Of a DNA stretch of 64,000 nt, positions 49,881 to 63,894 are shown in pieces. The translations under genes were made by a program, and so were the position numbers. Source of the DNA: Octopus sinensis (Eukaryota); assembly GCF_006345805.1 (NCBI RefSeq), contig NC_043006.1, positions 31,062,001 through 31,126,000 of the forward strand, written 5' to 3'. Under the pieces are notes generated by a model, which was not told the DNA's origin, made no database searches, and worked only from the letters and a program-made list of their open reading frames with translations. Within the stretch, counting starts at the first letter, position 1, and each line of letters starts with the position of its first letter.

Positions 49881-52800
49881 GTATGTATGTATGTATGTAT
49901 ATATGTATGTATGTATGTATGTATGTACTGCTTCTTCATAAGTGACGTGATACAAAACTTGCAATACGGCTTTCAATTACAATTTGTCAACCGAATTTGA
50001 TTTCCCATCGTATAAAATCGTTCGCGTCAATCTGTTCAGAAGATATTTTCATCGAGACGACGACAACAATAAAAACAAAAAAAAAAAAGAGAAAGAAAAG
50101 GAGAGAGAAAGGAAGAAAGTAAAACACAAAAGTTGAAATGAAAAATAATTTAATAAATTTTTAACACAAATTTAATTATGAAGCAAAATGTTAACGTTCA
50201 TTGTAAACGAAGTATTTCTGCAGAATAATCACTCAACTTTTAGGAAAACTGAGCAATTTCGAAGTATTACGTCATGAAAGGTTTTTGTTACGATTTTACT
50301 TCGATGGTGAAAGTAAATAAATAGAAATCCAAGCCAAAGTTTTTTGAAAATTATACATGATTCTTTTTTATTTTCCACCTATGAAATATAAATATATTTA
50401 TCTCTTTGAATTTCAGAAGATAAATTTTGTATATTTTTAATCACAAAAGGTAAACATATTTGTTTTGTTAAATAGAAAAGATAAATTATTGATTGTTAAA
50501 AAAAATAATAAATAGACACCAAGCCTAATCTTATCCACGTCGATTAGATACGATCGTAAATGGACCATTTTGAAAGGTAAGCTGTTTGGCAATTGATTGC
50601 ATGAAAGCATAAAATTATCGGTCTGTATTGAAGCTACACTTTTGCAGAAATCTGTTTTCTGTTTGCTAAGGAATCTGGATATAATTGGACACTTTCTGTT
50701 TTACATTAAAATAATAAAAACTGGATTATCAGAAAAATGGCAGACTATTGATCTTTTATAACGGCACCAAAAATATTGATCTTCTGCTATGTTTTTTTAA
50801 TTTATTATTATTTTTTTGCATAGGAATGAGTAACACGAGATTCTGTAGCATTTAGTAACAAATGTGAAGTGAAACGACCACAGGCAAGAATTAGAATTGG
50901 GTCGGACAGTCGACTTACTAAGCCTTATCTTTACGGCATCCATTAATATGCGGAATATTGGTTACCATTTAATGAGTAACAATATTTCTGTATTTTAGGA
51001 CAGGCAAAAATGGTATGAATGGCGTTTATGCCATTCTTAATGATAATTAGCATCGTAATTGAAAGGGAATGGCATCAGCCGTGCATTGAAGTCACTTCTT
51101 CACGGATTTACTTTACTTCGAAATTCTTACTCTCCGGTGTTCGCTACATTAATTTAGAAAAAGATTTTTCTGTGCAGAAAATACCGTCCAGTACTAAAAC
51201 TATAATAATGTTGTTGCGTGTTGGAACTTATTCCAGTTTTCAGCTGATGAACGGATGAAAGAGAGATGATTTTGTCTCTGGAAAGAACAGTAGAGCATAC
51301 CTTCATTTGATCGATATAAGGATTCGAACACTGTTATACAAGTTAACAGATTATTGGTCCCATAACTACATATATGCAGTGATTATCACAAACCATATCT
51401 AAAAGCACGTGGTAATAAAGGCAAAAATGCTTTAGTCACAGAAAACGCACCAAATCTTAAGCTTTTCTCAAGCCACACTCACCCATCTTAAAATATGTCA
51501 GATGAATCCCGAAAAGAAGACTTGAGGGTCACGGCTGGAAAACCTTTGATTATAGCTGTGTTCGATCAAGATGGCCTAGGGAATGACTTCAGTGGAATTT
51601 GAACTCCTGATATTTGAGTCCAATATTCCAATAGCCCAATACTTTATCAATTCGTCTATTTTCGCTAAATTGAAGATGGATGGTGTAAATTACAGTCATT
51701 AAATCAGTTAATCAATTAATTAGCACCAATGGTTTTTAACCATCTGCTTATTTCGTTTCAATGGTTTTGTTTATGTCTCACAGATATTTGCCTTTAGAAG
51801 TTTGTATAAAAATAAGTCTATCGATGATATCTCACAAAGGATATTCCATTGCTTCCTTCTCCTCCCCCTCCTCTTCCTCCTTCTCTTCACACTATCGTCG
51901 CCATCATTGCTGTCATGGGTCGTCATCGTCGTCGTCGTCGTCATCCTTCTTTTCCTCTTCCTCCTTCCCAATCAATCGTGATTTCCAGAATATTTAGGAA
52001 GCAGATCTGAGCGCTTCCCAAGATCGAAGTCCATTCTTAGGTCTTCAGCTTCCATAGCTTGCTAGATTGACGAAGTCTGTTGCGTTCGGGATTTCTGGGT
52101 GCCACGTACGAGCTGTGTGTTTTTTGTCTTTGGACAGTTTCGGAGCGCTTTCCTTTTCCCACGACAAAGAGTGTCCCACAAGTTCTGTCTCTGGCCAGCA
52201 GTCACTGAATAAATCTAAAAGAAAAAAAGAAAAGAAAAGAAAAGGAGAATTATAAGCAATCTTCGTGAAATATTCTTGTGATATCTCTTTTTTGGGGCAA
52301 GGTGGGGACAAACGATACACACACACACACATATATATATGCAAATGTATAGGCTTTACTCCCGGTATCCACCTGTAGTAATTACCTTTGTCCACTGAAA
52401 AGATTCTACCTTTCCAAGACATAAGTGTACAGGGTGACTCTTACTCTTAATGCTAATCTGAGAATTACCCGGGTGCTGCATCCGATAAATTGAAGAGTAG
52501 GTTACTCACCATATACTCTCCTTCGGGTCTAAGGACAAGGAAACTTGTCTATTTTATTTTAAGGTTTTGGGACCAGGGTGAGGACCTATCCAGGACAACC
52601 AGGAATATTCTCGACAAGGCCCATTCTTACTCATCCAGCATGTGTCCTTGAAACTATGAGATTGCAAATATTCTTTTCTACTCTAGGCACAAGGCCCGAA
52701 ATTTTGGGGGAGGCAGCCAGTCGATTAGATCAACCCCAGTACGCAACTGGTACTTAATTTATCGACCCCAAAAAGATGAAAGGCAAAGTCGACCTCGGCG

Positions 52801-52884
52801 GAATTTGAAATCAGAACATAAAGACAGACGAAATGCTGCTAAGCATTTCTCCCGGCGTGCTAACGATTATGCCAGCTCATCGCC

Positions 52885-52998
<114 letters not shown>

Positions 52999-53140
52999 AT
53001 AGCTGCAACTAAGTTGGTAAGGTCAACTTGCACTATGTTCTATTTTGTGAGAAATTACTAAGTGTTAAATTTTACTCTATTCACCTAAAGGAAATTATTT
53101 TCACTTGTTTGTAAGGTGAGAGAGAGAGAGAGAGAGAGAG

Positions 53141-53208
<68 letters not shown>

Positions 53209-53439
53209 GAGCTAGAAATAGAGAGTGTGAAAAATAGGGAGAGAGAGAAATAGGTATGTATATATAAATAAATCTAAACATAAGTATATCTGTCTGTCTG
53301 TCTGTCTGTCAGTCTGTCTGTCTATCTTTACTGCATTTATTGAGTAACTGAACGCCATGTATCCCGACTTTTGTTAACAGTAAGTTTGTATAGCTTTATC
53401 TTTTATCTTTTACGGATTTCAGCCAGAGGCCAAGGCCAT

Positions 53440-54840
53440 GCTGGTGCACCGCCTTTACTGCATCCGGGGATTTTTCCAGTATTGCTTCTGGTGAAGTAAC
53501 GGGTTGGACTTTGCAGCTTTTCTTTGTGCTTTCTGCCGCGATGTCTGTTCATCCGGAATTGCAGATAAAAAACTGTCTAGACGTTGTTTGAAGACTTCCA
53601 TGTCTACACCTTGCAGATCCCTGATGTTCTGTTGTAGGGCATTAAAAAGTTGTGGTCCTTTGAATCCCAAGCTATTACAATATTGGGCTCGTATCCTCAA
53701 TGGAGAAGATGAGACCTTTGGTGTTGTGCAGTGCCGTCCAGTTCGGGGATTGTTGTAGATTTCGATTCCGAAATTTGGAGCCAGACCCTCCATTATTTCC
53801 CACATGTATAGCACTCAATATCTCTCACGTCTTCTCTTCAGAGAGTAGAGCCCCAGTTCCCTCATTCTCTCCCAGTAGCCCATGTGTTTTACTGAGTCTA
53901 TCTTCTTTGTGAAGTGGCGTTGGATCGCTTCTAGTTTTACACTCTGTGGGGACCACAGTTGGGAGCAGTCGTCCAGACGACTGATAACAAGGGTTCTCCA
54001 TAGCATTGTGTCTCTGTTCCTGGTCTTGAAGGATCTAAGGATCCAACCTGCCACCCGCATGTGTAGAGTTGCCATCTGAGCAATGTGCACATGGAAAGTT
54101 GCATCGTTGCTCATGTGGATTCACAGGTCACGCACTGACTTTAACTCTGGGATTATATTGCCTGCTGGTCCCGTGTACCTCAGTTGCAGTTTGTTTGTGG
54201 GCTGATAGTGGAGTGCTTGAAATTTTGCGCCATTGAACTTCATATTATTCTCATCAGCCCATTTACATATTGCGTTCAGGTCATTCTGCAGTCTTAGGAT
54301 GTCAGTAGGATCCTTGACCGCCAGCGATACTTTTGTATCGTCGGTGTAGCTGGTGTGTGTGGCTGACTCTATGGCTGAGGTCATGTCCGAGATAGCAACC
54401 ACAAACAGTAGTGGTCCCAGCTCTGCTTCCTGAGGCTTGGTGTCAATTCGGAGAGAGCACTATTTGCTGTGACAGCCTGACTACTGCCCTTCAGGAAATC
54501 ATACAGTCACTCTCCAAATGAAACCAAAGTCACGCAATATCTGACATATCATCCCATGATCGACTTTGTCAAAGGCCTTGGCAAAGTCTAGATATATCTC
54601 ATCCACATTTGAATGGCCTTGGCAAAGTCTAGATATATCTCATCCACATTTGAATGATTGAGCTGTTGTTTTAGTATCCTGTTGAAGTGCTGTAGTAGCT
54701 GTGTTAAGCAATTCCTTACAGGACGGAAACCATGTTGCGTGTCTCTAAGCAAGTCATTTTGTTTTAGGAACGAGGTCAGTCTTTTTTATCTCGTCAGTAA
54801 TGTCAATGTAATTGATGGTAGTCTTTTTCTTTTGTAAGTT
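53440..54840 (-). mobile_element. CR1-group LINE (RT plus C-terminus), degenerate, with a 41-bp tandem duplication at 54574-54655
   Basis: IYLDFAKAFDKVDH, YTDDTK, LQNDLNAICKWADENNMKFN, LEAIQRHFTKKI, LYSLKRRRERY and GPQLFNAL. Confidence 0.9.
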
Positions 54841-54881
54841 AGAGGTGTGAAGAACTCTGCTTATTTTCATGTTTTCATATA

Positions 54882-54923
<42 letters not shown>

Positions 54924-55039
54924 TGTATGTGTGTTGTGTTGTATATATATGTATATATCTATATTTATATATATATATAATATATATAATATATATATTA
55001 TATATATATATATATTTATTATTATTTATTTATGTATGT

Positions 55040-55453
55040 ATACTCTTTACTCTTTACTCTTTTACTTGTTTCAGTCATTTGACTGCGGCCATGCTGGAGC
55101 ACCGCCTTTAGTCGAGCAAATCGACCCCGGGACTTATTCTTTGTAAGCCCAGTACTTATTCTATCGGTCTCTTTTTGCCGAACCGCTAAGTGACGGGGAC
55201 GTAAACACACCAGCATCGGTTGTCAAGCAATGCTAGGGGGACAAACACAGACACACAAACACACACACACACATATATATATACATATATACGACAGGCT
55301 TCTTTCAGTTTCCGCCTACCAAATCCACTCACAAGGCATTGGTCGGCCCGGGGCTATAGCAGAAGACACTTGCCCAAGGTGCCACGCAGTGGGACTGAAC
55401 CCGGAACCATGTGGTTGGTTAGCAAGCTACTTACCACACGGCCACTCCTGCGC
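55040..55453 (-). mobile_element. Full-length young tRNA/CORE-like SINE
   Basis: Matches 31367-31757. Confidence 0.85.
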
Positions 55454-55726
55454 CATAAATTTATATATATATGTATATATATATATTTATTTATTTATGT
55501 ATGTATGTATTTATTTATTTATGTATGTATTTATTTTTTATGTATGTATGTATGTATGTATGTATATGGACATGTATACGCATATGCACTTATTTGTATA
55601 TATACACATATACGAGTGTGTATATATCGATGTGTCTGTACATGTAAACATGCTGTGCATTTGTGTGTATGCAATGTGTATGTATGCATACACATTAGAG
55701 TGGTATAGTTTTCATGAATATGTATA

Positions 55727-55798
<72 letters not shown>

Positions 55799-56597
55799 GC
55801 ACATTAAATTTATATATACACACACACATACACACATCCATACACACTCAGACACACATGTGCATACAACTACATTTGCCCTAATGAAATGAAACATCAA
55901 CAACAACAACAACAACAATAATCATAAAACTAAGTCGAGTATTGTGTATCTTGGTGGAACAAAGACTATTTGAATCAGTTGTACCCACATTAAAGAAAGG
56001 TCTTCGAAAGTCTGTGTACCCGTACTCGAGGCCGCTAATACCCGGCTCACGCATCTCAGATTACCCAAACAATTTGTGGACTGGCTTGCTTCAAAATCCA
56101 GCAGCCACAGGAGCCACACCGTGACTTCCACACAAACAAGTGGTCGGTGGTGAACTGAATGTGTGCGCGTGTATGAGTGGACTGAGAGTTGTGTGTGAGT
56201 GTATGTGTGTGTGTGTGTGTGTGTGTGTAAATAAGAAAGAGGTGGGGAAGTTTGAGGGCCTCAATGCAGACGCAAGTGTATACAGACTCACTGACATTTT
56301 CATATGTATTTAAATATGATTATACATACACACGCACGCACGGACACACACAGACATGCGCGCGCGCACACACACATACACACACAAACACAACACACAC
56401 ACACACACACACACGGTTTACTCTGTTATAGGAAAGATCTGAAAGCAATCTTACTTACGAGACACCTGTTATATGTACGTACGTACGTATGTGTATGTAT
56501 GTATTTATGCATGTATGTGTATGTATGTATCTACCGAAGTATAAACACATGTTCGTATGCATACATGTAGTATGTATATGTATGCATGTGCGTGTTG

Positions 56598-56628
<31 letters not shown>

Positions 56629-56824
56629 ATATATATATATGTAAATATGTATATAGCTATATATGTATAATAGTAGATATATGTATATATATATGATATA
56701 TATCTATATCTATATCTATATATATCTATTCTATCTATTATATATATATATATACTATATATATATATTATATATATATAATATATATATATACGCGAGA
56801 AAGAAGCAACAAGAATGGATAGGT

Positions 56825-56915
56825 TTTTAGTACAATCGTTTCATACAAGGACAGGCTTTATTAAAAGTTGCAAAAATTACAGCATATAAACGTGTCCCGT
56901 ACTCATCAGCTAAAA
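56825..56915 (-). ncRNA. Type I hammerhead ribozyme, left arm
   Basis: Reverse complement of the 57185-57274 motif. Confidence 0.78.
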
Positions 56916-57184
56916 ACATGTGAGTTCTCTAGACATCCTAGTGGTTGAGGCTATACTCATGAAGTAATTAGATAATTAAGTAACATAAACAGATTTCCAA
57001 AGTTCATTAAAGTTCTTTAAGATGATGTACAGTCTTATCACAGAATTTTAAAATTCTGTGATAAGACTGTACATCATCTTTAAGAACTTTAATGAACTTT
57101 GGAAATCTGTTTATGTTACTTAATTATCTACATTACTTCATGAGTATAGCCTCAACACTAGGATGTCTAGAGAACTCACATGTA

Positions 57185-57274
57185 TTTTAGCTGATGAGTA
57201 CGGGACACGTTTATATGCTGTAATTTTTGCAACTTTTAATAAAGCTGTCCTTGTATGAAACGATTGTACTAAAA
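57185..57274 (+). ncRNA. Type I hammerhead ribozyme, right arm
   Basis: TTTTAG-CTGATGA-GTACGGGACA...TGTCCTTGTAT-GAAAC-GATT-GTA-CTAAAA. Helix I is a perfect 6 bp, helix II is about 10 bp, and the triplet is GUA. Confidence 0.8.
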
Positions 57275-57800
57275 ACCTATCCATCTCTGTTTGCTTCTTT
57301 CTCGCTTATAATCAACCCACATTACTGTATTGTTAAAACAGTATAGTTTTTTTGGTGCATCTAAGTTAGGTACCATATTCAAGTCAATTCATTTAAATTA
57401 ACTTGAATCTTTATTGCATTTATATATATATATTATATATATATATATATAAGGAAAATGGAGAAGAACAGAAAACTTTTGATCAACAAAGTGGACCACA
57501 TCTGTAGATTATTTTTTAATACAAAACATGACATAACATATGTGTGTGTGTGTGTGTGTGTTTATGGTGTGGTGTGTGTGTCAGTGTGCTTGCGCATGTG
57601 TCTATGTGTGTGTGAGTATATCTGTATTTGTATGTATATGTATCTGTACGCTTATACAGGCACACACACACGTTCAAAGATACAGCTTATTTGCAAACAT
57701 GCATACATGACAGCATATATACATCATACATGCATTCAAACACACACACACACACACACACACACAACACGTATATACTCATATGCAGGCCCTCCTCCCA

Positions 57801-58980
57801 TACGAGGGGTGTACTGAAATTAATACAAAAAAATAATGCAAGTTATTTTATGAACTGAGACTGAAGTCGTCGAAATCGGCCATGTTTGTAGACTAACTCT
57901 TCTACTGTTTTTTTCTTTCTGTTCTTTTTAATTGCAGATAAATAATGGGTTCCAAACAACGGTAATGTACTGTCATTGAGTTGTAGACGAAGGAGAGATG
58001 CAGGGGTACGACATTCACAGAAACATCAACATTGAGATGAGCTTTGTTCATAAATGAAGAAGTTTAAAGAAGTAGAAGCCCTCTTTGAGGACAGTCCAAA
58101 TAGTAGATCATCAATTGTGAGGATTGATAGGAATCACCGGCGAGTGGACCAACCGATTCGCGTAGAGAGACAAGTCACAGTAGTGAGAGCTTCTTGCACA
58201 ACTGGACTCTGGGTACAATCCATTACAGAAAATGGTGGAAGTCTTTGGGTACGGAAAGTGTATGCAAAGTGGGTATTTCGACTCTTGACACCCGATTTAA
58301 AGAGATGGGTTGAAACCTACTTTGATCTGTTGGACGCTTTTGAAGTTGTTTTTTGTTCCGATCAGCGACTGGAGATGAAACGTGGGCGTTTCATTATGAC
58401 CTGGAAATGAAGGATTTATCCATGGAATGGTACCACATCTCTTCTCCAGAGCCTAAGAATTTCAAGAGCGACCGGTAAAGAAAGCCATGGGGACTATTTT
58501 CTTGGAGTTGACAAGGACGTCATTCTCCTTAATTTTCAGGAACTTGGCTATATCGTGAACAACGAGTATTCCTTTAATACACTCTAAAAACTTCAAGAGG
58601 GCATTAGAAGGAAAAAAAATAAAACGAACAAGAATCGGAAAACGGTTCAAACATCTTTGACAACAAATTAGGTAATCAGCAATTTGGGTTTCTGTACATT
58701 TCGGATCTCGTTCTCTGTAAGCACCCCCACTCTTCTATCTAATAAAGGATGGTCTTGAAAGACAACGATTCGATGACACGGATGAAAGGGAAGTGGCTTT
58801 CAAAAGAGTCTCTACAAAAGAACATATCTAAATTTTTCCAAATAGGATTCGAGAATTGGTCAACGATGTCGCTTGTGATTGAAACTATGTCGTGTCGTAC
58901 TTTTGTATAGAAGATGTGTTATTCTCCCTACTTGAGCTTTTCAATAACTTATGAAACTCTGCTGAAGCACGGCGCACGTA
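57801..58980 (+). mobile_element. Old mariner-family transposon, heavily degenerate
   Basis: TACGAGGGGTGTACTGAAA TIR-like start, VRKVYAKWVFRLLT (WVPRLL motif) and a HPHSS/YSPD-like segment near 58725. Confidence 0.7.
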
Positions 58981-59770
58981 CGCAATTTGTTTGTGTTTTT
59001 TCTCACTTGACAACCGGTGTTGGTTTGCTTACGTCTATGTAGCTTAGCAAGACCCTGACTAAATAAGCACTTGCCTTAAAATAAGTTGTGCGATCAATGT
59101 GAACGACTAAACCCGTCAATATGGTGTCTCGCCATGGCTACAGTCATTAAATAAGAGAATAAATGAATATAAAAAAAACGAAGAAATAAATATTTCCAAA
59201 CTAGTGAAAAACTATCGATTGGGATGAATTGTATCGGTCAGGAAAACGAAGAGCCAGTTTTATTGACTTTTTGGGCCCTTATTGGGATATAGAGGAACAA
59301 CTGGGTTTAGAAAGTTACGTCTAGTCGGGGTTTCTCGTTGGAGAGCTTATTCTTTCTTTTCTTCTCTAGGCACAAGGTTCGAAATTTTGGGGGAGGGGGC
59401 CAGTCGATTAGATCGACTCCAGTACGCAACTGGTACTTAATTCATCAACTCCCGAAAGGATGAAAGGAAAAGTCGACCTCGGCGGAATTTGAACTCAGGA
59501 CATAAAGACGGACGAAACATCGCTAGGCATTTTGCCCGGCGTGCTAACGATTCTGCCAGCTCACCACCTTCGTTGGCGGGCTTATTGAACGAACCAAGTG
59601 ACCCACATCCGCATATGCTACACACACACACACACACATCCTCATACATACATACATACATACATACATACATACATACATACATACATACATACATACG
59701 TACGTACGTACGTACATACGACATATATGCTATACATTCATACTCAGACACGCATACATAGTTTGTATGA

Positions 59771-59801
<31 letters not shown>

Positions 59802-60178
59802 TGTATGTATGTATGTATGTATGCACGTATGTATGTATGTAATGTATGTATGTATATACACACAGTACATATATATATAATTATAGAGGCATATATTTAT
59901 AGAAACCCATGGTTATGCACACAAATATGTGTGCCTTTATACATACCCTACATATCTACTACTACTACTACTACTACAACTACTACTACTACTACTACTC
60001 TACTACTACTACTACTACTACTACTGCTGTTGCTGCTGCTACTACCACCACTACTACTACCACCACTACTACTACCACCACAGACACACACACACACACG
60101 CACCTATACGTGTATATATGTAAATTATATGTAATATCTGTATGTATATATACATGTACAGATACACATATACAAACG

Positions 60179-60209
<31 letters not shown>

Positions 60210-60544
60210 GTATATATATGATATCACGTTTCACATTATAATGTTATTTATATTACACACCGTAATTAAACTAATAACTAAAATGATTATAGAAAATAAT
60301 TAATTAAAATCACTGAAAAGTATCATGCGAACTGGAAATTGGTGATTTATTTTGCGGTTTACGGAGAAGTGATTTGAGATCGAACGCTCCTCATGTCAGT
60401 TCGAATAAGGGAATGACTAGCTCGATAGCTGTACACTGATCAGCAATGTCATTATAAATCTTTAGTTCCGTTCCATTTAACCATGATCCACTCGTCGTTG
60501 GAGCATTGGACTTTTTTTTTATTAATCTTTATCAATCTTGTCCA

Positions 60545-60930
60545 CGGGTGGTGTCAGCGTCCCCAAAGTCCATCCCCTCCTCACCGTGGTGTGGACGCTG
60601 GAAACGGGTAGTGTCAGAGCTATGCCGTCGGGAACTTCGGTTCCTGGTAGGGCCACCCAAGGCGGATTGGTCTGACACCGAGTGGTATTAGGGCCACAAC
60701 CCGGCAGACGGGGCTCTGGTGAAAATCCTCGGAGTGTGTGTTTCGGCAACCGGTGGCTCCTTGGTCGTTCTGTCCCTGCGTCTGTGGACAATCTGCGGCA
60801 AACAGGATGTCTCTACATGCGGGATTGTTGGGGACCGCTTGTGAAATCCACATATTCCCACGAAACTTCTTCCAAGGAAGAAGCTGACTCAACACGCCCA
60901 GGGGGAATGTCGCCACAAGTACAAGTACAA
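60545..60930 (+). mobile_element. GC-rich structured segment resembling an RTE (Rex3/Expander-like) 5' UTR
   Basis: CACCGTGGTGTGG...GAGCTATGCCGTCGGG...CCTGGTAGGGCCACCCAAGGC matches the RTE 5' UTR pattern from memory. No downstream ORF. Confidence 0.45.
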
Positions 60931-62189
60931 GTAAGTAATCTGTTCCACTCACCCCCTCCACTTTTGAGTATTCTTAATGCATTTAACTGAATCCGATACA
61001 GACTGATGCATTGGAGGAACTTGAAATTGGTGGAACTTCCTTTCAAGTATTTCCTTAGACTTAGCAATCCTGGAAGTACTCATTTCCTTTCCAGAGTAGG
61101 GGTCAGTTCTCAGGGAGCTGAGGGAGCCTTCAACAGGTTTCGTTCTTTAAACTTCTTGCTGATTCATATTTTCCTGTTTGTATCATCAAACATTGAAGGT
61201 GCATAGTGCAGTGGTTAGGATGTTGTACGCACAATCGCTAGATCGTGGGTTCCGATTCCCAGATCGGGTGACACATTGTGTTCTTGAGCGAAACACTTCA
61301 TTTCACGTTGTTCCAGTTCGTTCAACTGTAAACGGGCAACTCTGCGATGGAATAGTCTTCTGATTAAAGGGAATGTTGGCCTACCCGCCTAGCCTGCGGG
61401 GTGGAGTCATTCGAAAGCTAAAACAATGTTAAGCGCATTGTGACCAGCGATGTGTAACAACAGGCGATGGTCTGGTCGATACCATGATCACCACACACAC
61501 ACACACACAATTTGTAGTATAAGATATGGATTCAGAGAATTGCGTGGCTATCACGTAAAGCTCCTCTTGTGAAACCGGCTACCAGACCACATAGTGATCC
61601 AATAAAGAGGAGTATAATGCAGAGCAGTCATGCAGCTCAAATACAGAAGATCTGATCGATGAAATTACTTTATGAGGAATATACAAACCATAAAATGTCC
61701 GGAGGTATAAGAGATAAGAAGGCTTCAAAACGGCCGTAATCCTAAGGGTGTCAAGTGGTTTCACTCATACCTTCTGGCTTTTTGTGGTTTATCATGCAAC
61801 TACAGCAGTAGTTGAATAATATTCATAAGGCCGCAACTTACTCACATCTCTATAAGGAGACTTTTAATATATGTCACCGGCATCATAAACGTAAGGAGAA
61901 ATTATCAACGGCACCGCTAATTTGCAATTAGTTGAATTACATCATCCTGTATTAATTAACGCAATTATATCACGTAAAGACAGTCTCGTAATATCTGAGA
62001 CGAGAAAGAAGTTTTTAAAGAAAAATGTTATGAGATTTGGTTTCTGAAATTTGAGGGTGATAATATAGTTCTATACTTTTTTCATGGATATAGTTCTATA
62101 AAGAGACTCTTAATGGATGTCACCATCATCATTGACGTAATTTTCAATAAGTTAAAATTTTAAATTATTAATTGGCACATTATTAATTA

Positions 62190-63034
62190 GCATAATAGTA
62201 TAGCCTGGCAAAAACATGGATTACATTGAAAAATGCGAGCAAGAGAAACAATATTCTTAAGATTATAAACCTGGAAAATTACAGGACAAGTTATTACACT
62301 TGGAAAAGTTTAGGACAACTTATTACATCTGGTAAAAAGCAGAACAAGAAATTTTTTACTTAAAAAATTGCAGCTAAGGATAAAACTTGAATATCAAAAA
62401 TTATTTGATTTTAATTTACCAAGTGACATTATAATTAAGAAAGGTACCATCATTTTGTTACAATATTGACACACTAGAATACATAAAAACTGAGTCAGAA
62501 GTACCAATATAGCTAAAGTTTTACGTAAAGTAGAATAGTATATATGGTAGGCAAATTCATTATGTAAAAAATAGGCATTGGGTCAAGACTAAAAAATGTG
62601 AAGACTTGGCAATAAATCAAGCAAATATTAATGTGAATTTGTTGTTATAGGAAGATTTTATGTAATATATAACTAGTTTTTGTATTATTCTATTTATTGT
62701 ACTAATTATGTATTATTTTTTTATAACCTATTTAAAATTTTTAATTAATGATTTAAAAAAATGAATTCTTTTAAAGTGCAAAAAATATTTTGAGTTATTT
62801 TTAATTTTTAAAAGAAGTAACAAGTAATAATAAATAGAATAACTTGTAATAAAATTTTTAGTTTTTAAATAAAAGCTAATATTTTCTAAATCTAAATATT
62901 TTATTTGAAATTTTATCCTTAGCTGCAATATTTTAAGTAAAAATGTTCTTCTTTGTACTTTACTAGATGTAATAAGTTGTCCTGAACTTTTCCAGGTTTA
63001 TAATCTTAATATTATTTCTCTTGTTTGTATTATT

Positions 63035-63040
<6 letters not shown>
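62190..63040. mobile_element. Diverged inverted duplication of a degenerate coding segment, possibly a Penelope-like ORF N-terminus
   Basis: About 62230-62410 (+) and 62890-63035 (-) are homologous (AGGACAACTTATTACATCT...TTGCAGCTAAGGATAAAA) and read LEKFRTTYYI..KAEQEIFYLKNC. Ends at a (TA)n tract. Confidence 0.4.
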
Positions 63041-63084
<44 letters not shown>

Positions 63085-63265
63085 CATAATACCTATGTAT
63101 TTACTAGAATAAAATGAAGTATGGATAATAAGCAAATCTAAAAGTAGCCAGCCCCCTTACAAACCCTTAGAAAGGGTCGACGATATGTGTGATATATTAT
63201 ATATATAATATATATACGCACACCGCACAGTTTATATATATATGGTATAATATATATTTATATAC

Positions 63266-63297
<32 letters not shown>

Positions 63298-63319
63298 CTA
63301 TATATGTATATATATGTAG

Positions 63320-63402
<83 letters not shown>

Positions 63403-63611
63403 CTAAATGTGTGTGTGTGTGTGTATGTATATACATGCATATATCACATATGCTTTGCGATTGTTACTGCATCGTTTATTTCCATTTCATGCTCTGCATT
63501 CCGTTGAATGCAAATCTGCCTGGAGTTGTTTGGATTTGGGCTCTCGCGCGTGATTGAAAGAATTTTTAAATAAAGTATACTTGTACACATGAATACATAT
63601 ATATATATATA

Positions 63612-63838
63612 TACCGACCAGTCTGGAGCAAAGTATGGCTGAACTTGGGTTCTTGGGGGAGAGAACGCAAATTCTTAATTCATGCACTACAAAGGATCAC
63701 GACGTTTACGACTATAATAATTTGCAAGACGTTACGATTCAAAGGGTGATGAACAAAACAAGGCTCTTTCCTTCACAACCTTGCTACCAAGGAGGTGACC
63801 GGTCAAAATTTATTCTTAATTAAAAAGAGGAAGAGGCC
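63612..63838 (+). mobile_element. R4/Dong-like C-terminus plus 3' UTR followed by (CATA)n
   Basis: IPTSLEQSMAELGF...LIHALQRITTFTTIIICKTL (frameshifted) parallels the LQIQS..TVKICKTF end at 12900. Confidence 0.5.
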
Positions 63839-63894
63839 ATACATACATACATACATACATACATACATACATACATACATACAAAAAAAAAACC

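Larger units (their letters stand above)
56795..57305. mobile_element. Spacer-less palindrome (about 255-bp arms, centre 57049/57050) with a hammerhead in each arm; Penelope-like
   Basis: Arms are reverse complements differing mostly by single-base indels. (TA)n lies at the left end and at about 57420 on the right. Confidence 0.8.

Noticed and set aside
52045-52620. 125-aa minus-strand ORF and upstream coding-like sequence
   Set aside because: It is interrupted by microsatellite and poly-T, with no motif I can recognise; probably degenerate repeat.
60680-60730. GTGGTATTAGGGCCAC resembling the pistol ribozyme P1 and pseudoknot
   Set aside because: The conserved downstream pistol elements (A-rich linker, AAGCG, GU cleavage stem) are missing.
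62400-63040. Possible mitochondrial insertion (very AT-rich)
   Set aside because: No mitochondrial protein, tRNA or rRNA motif is recognisable, and the internal inverted homology fits a transposon remnant better.
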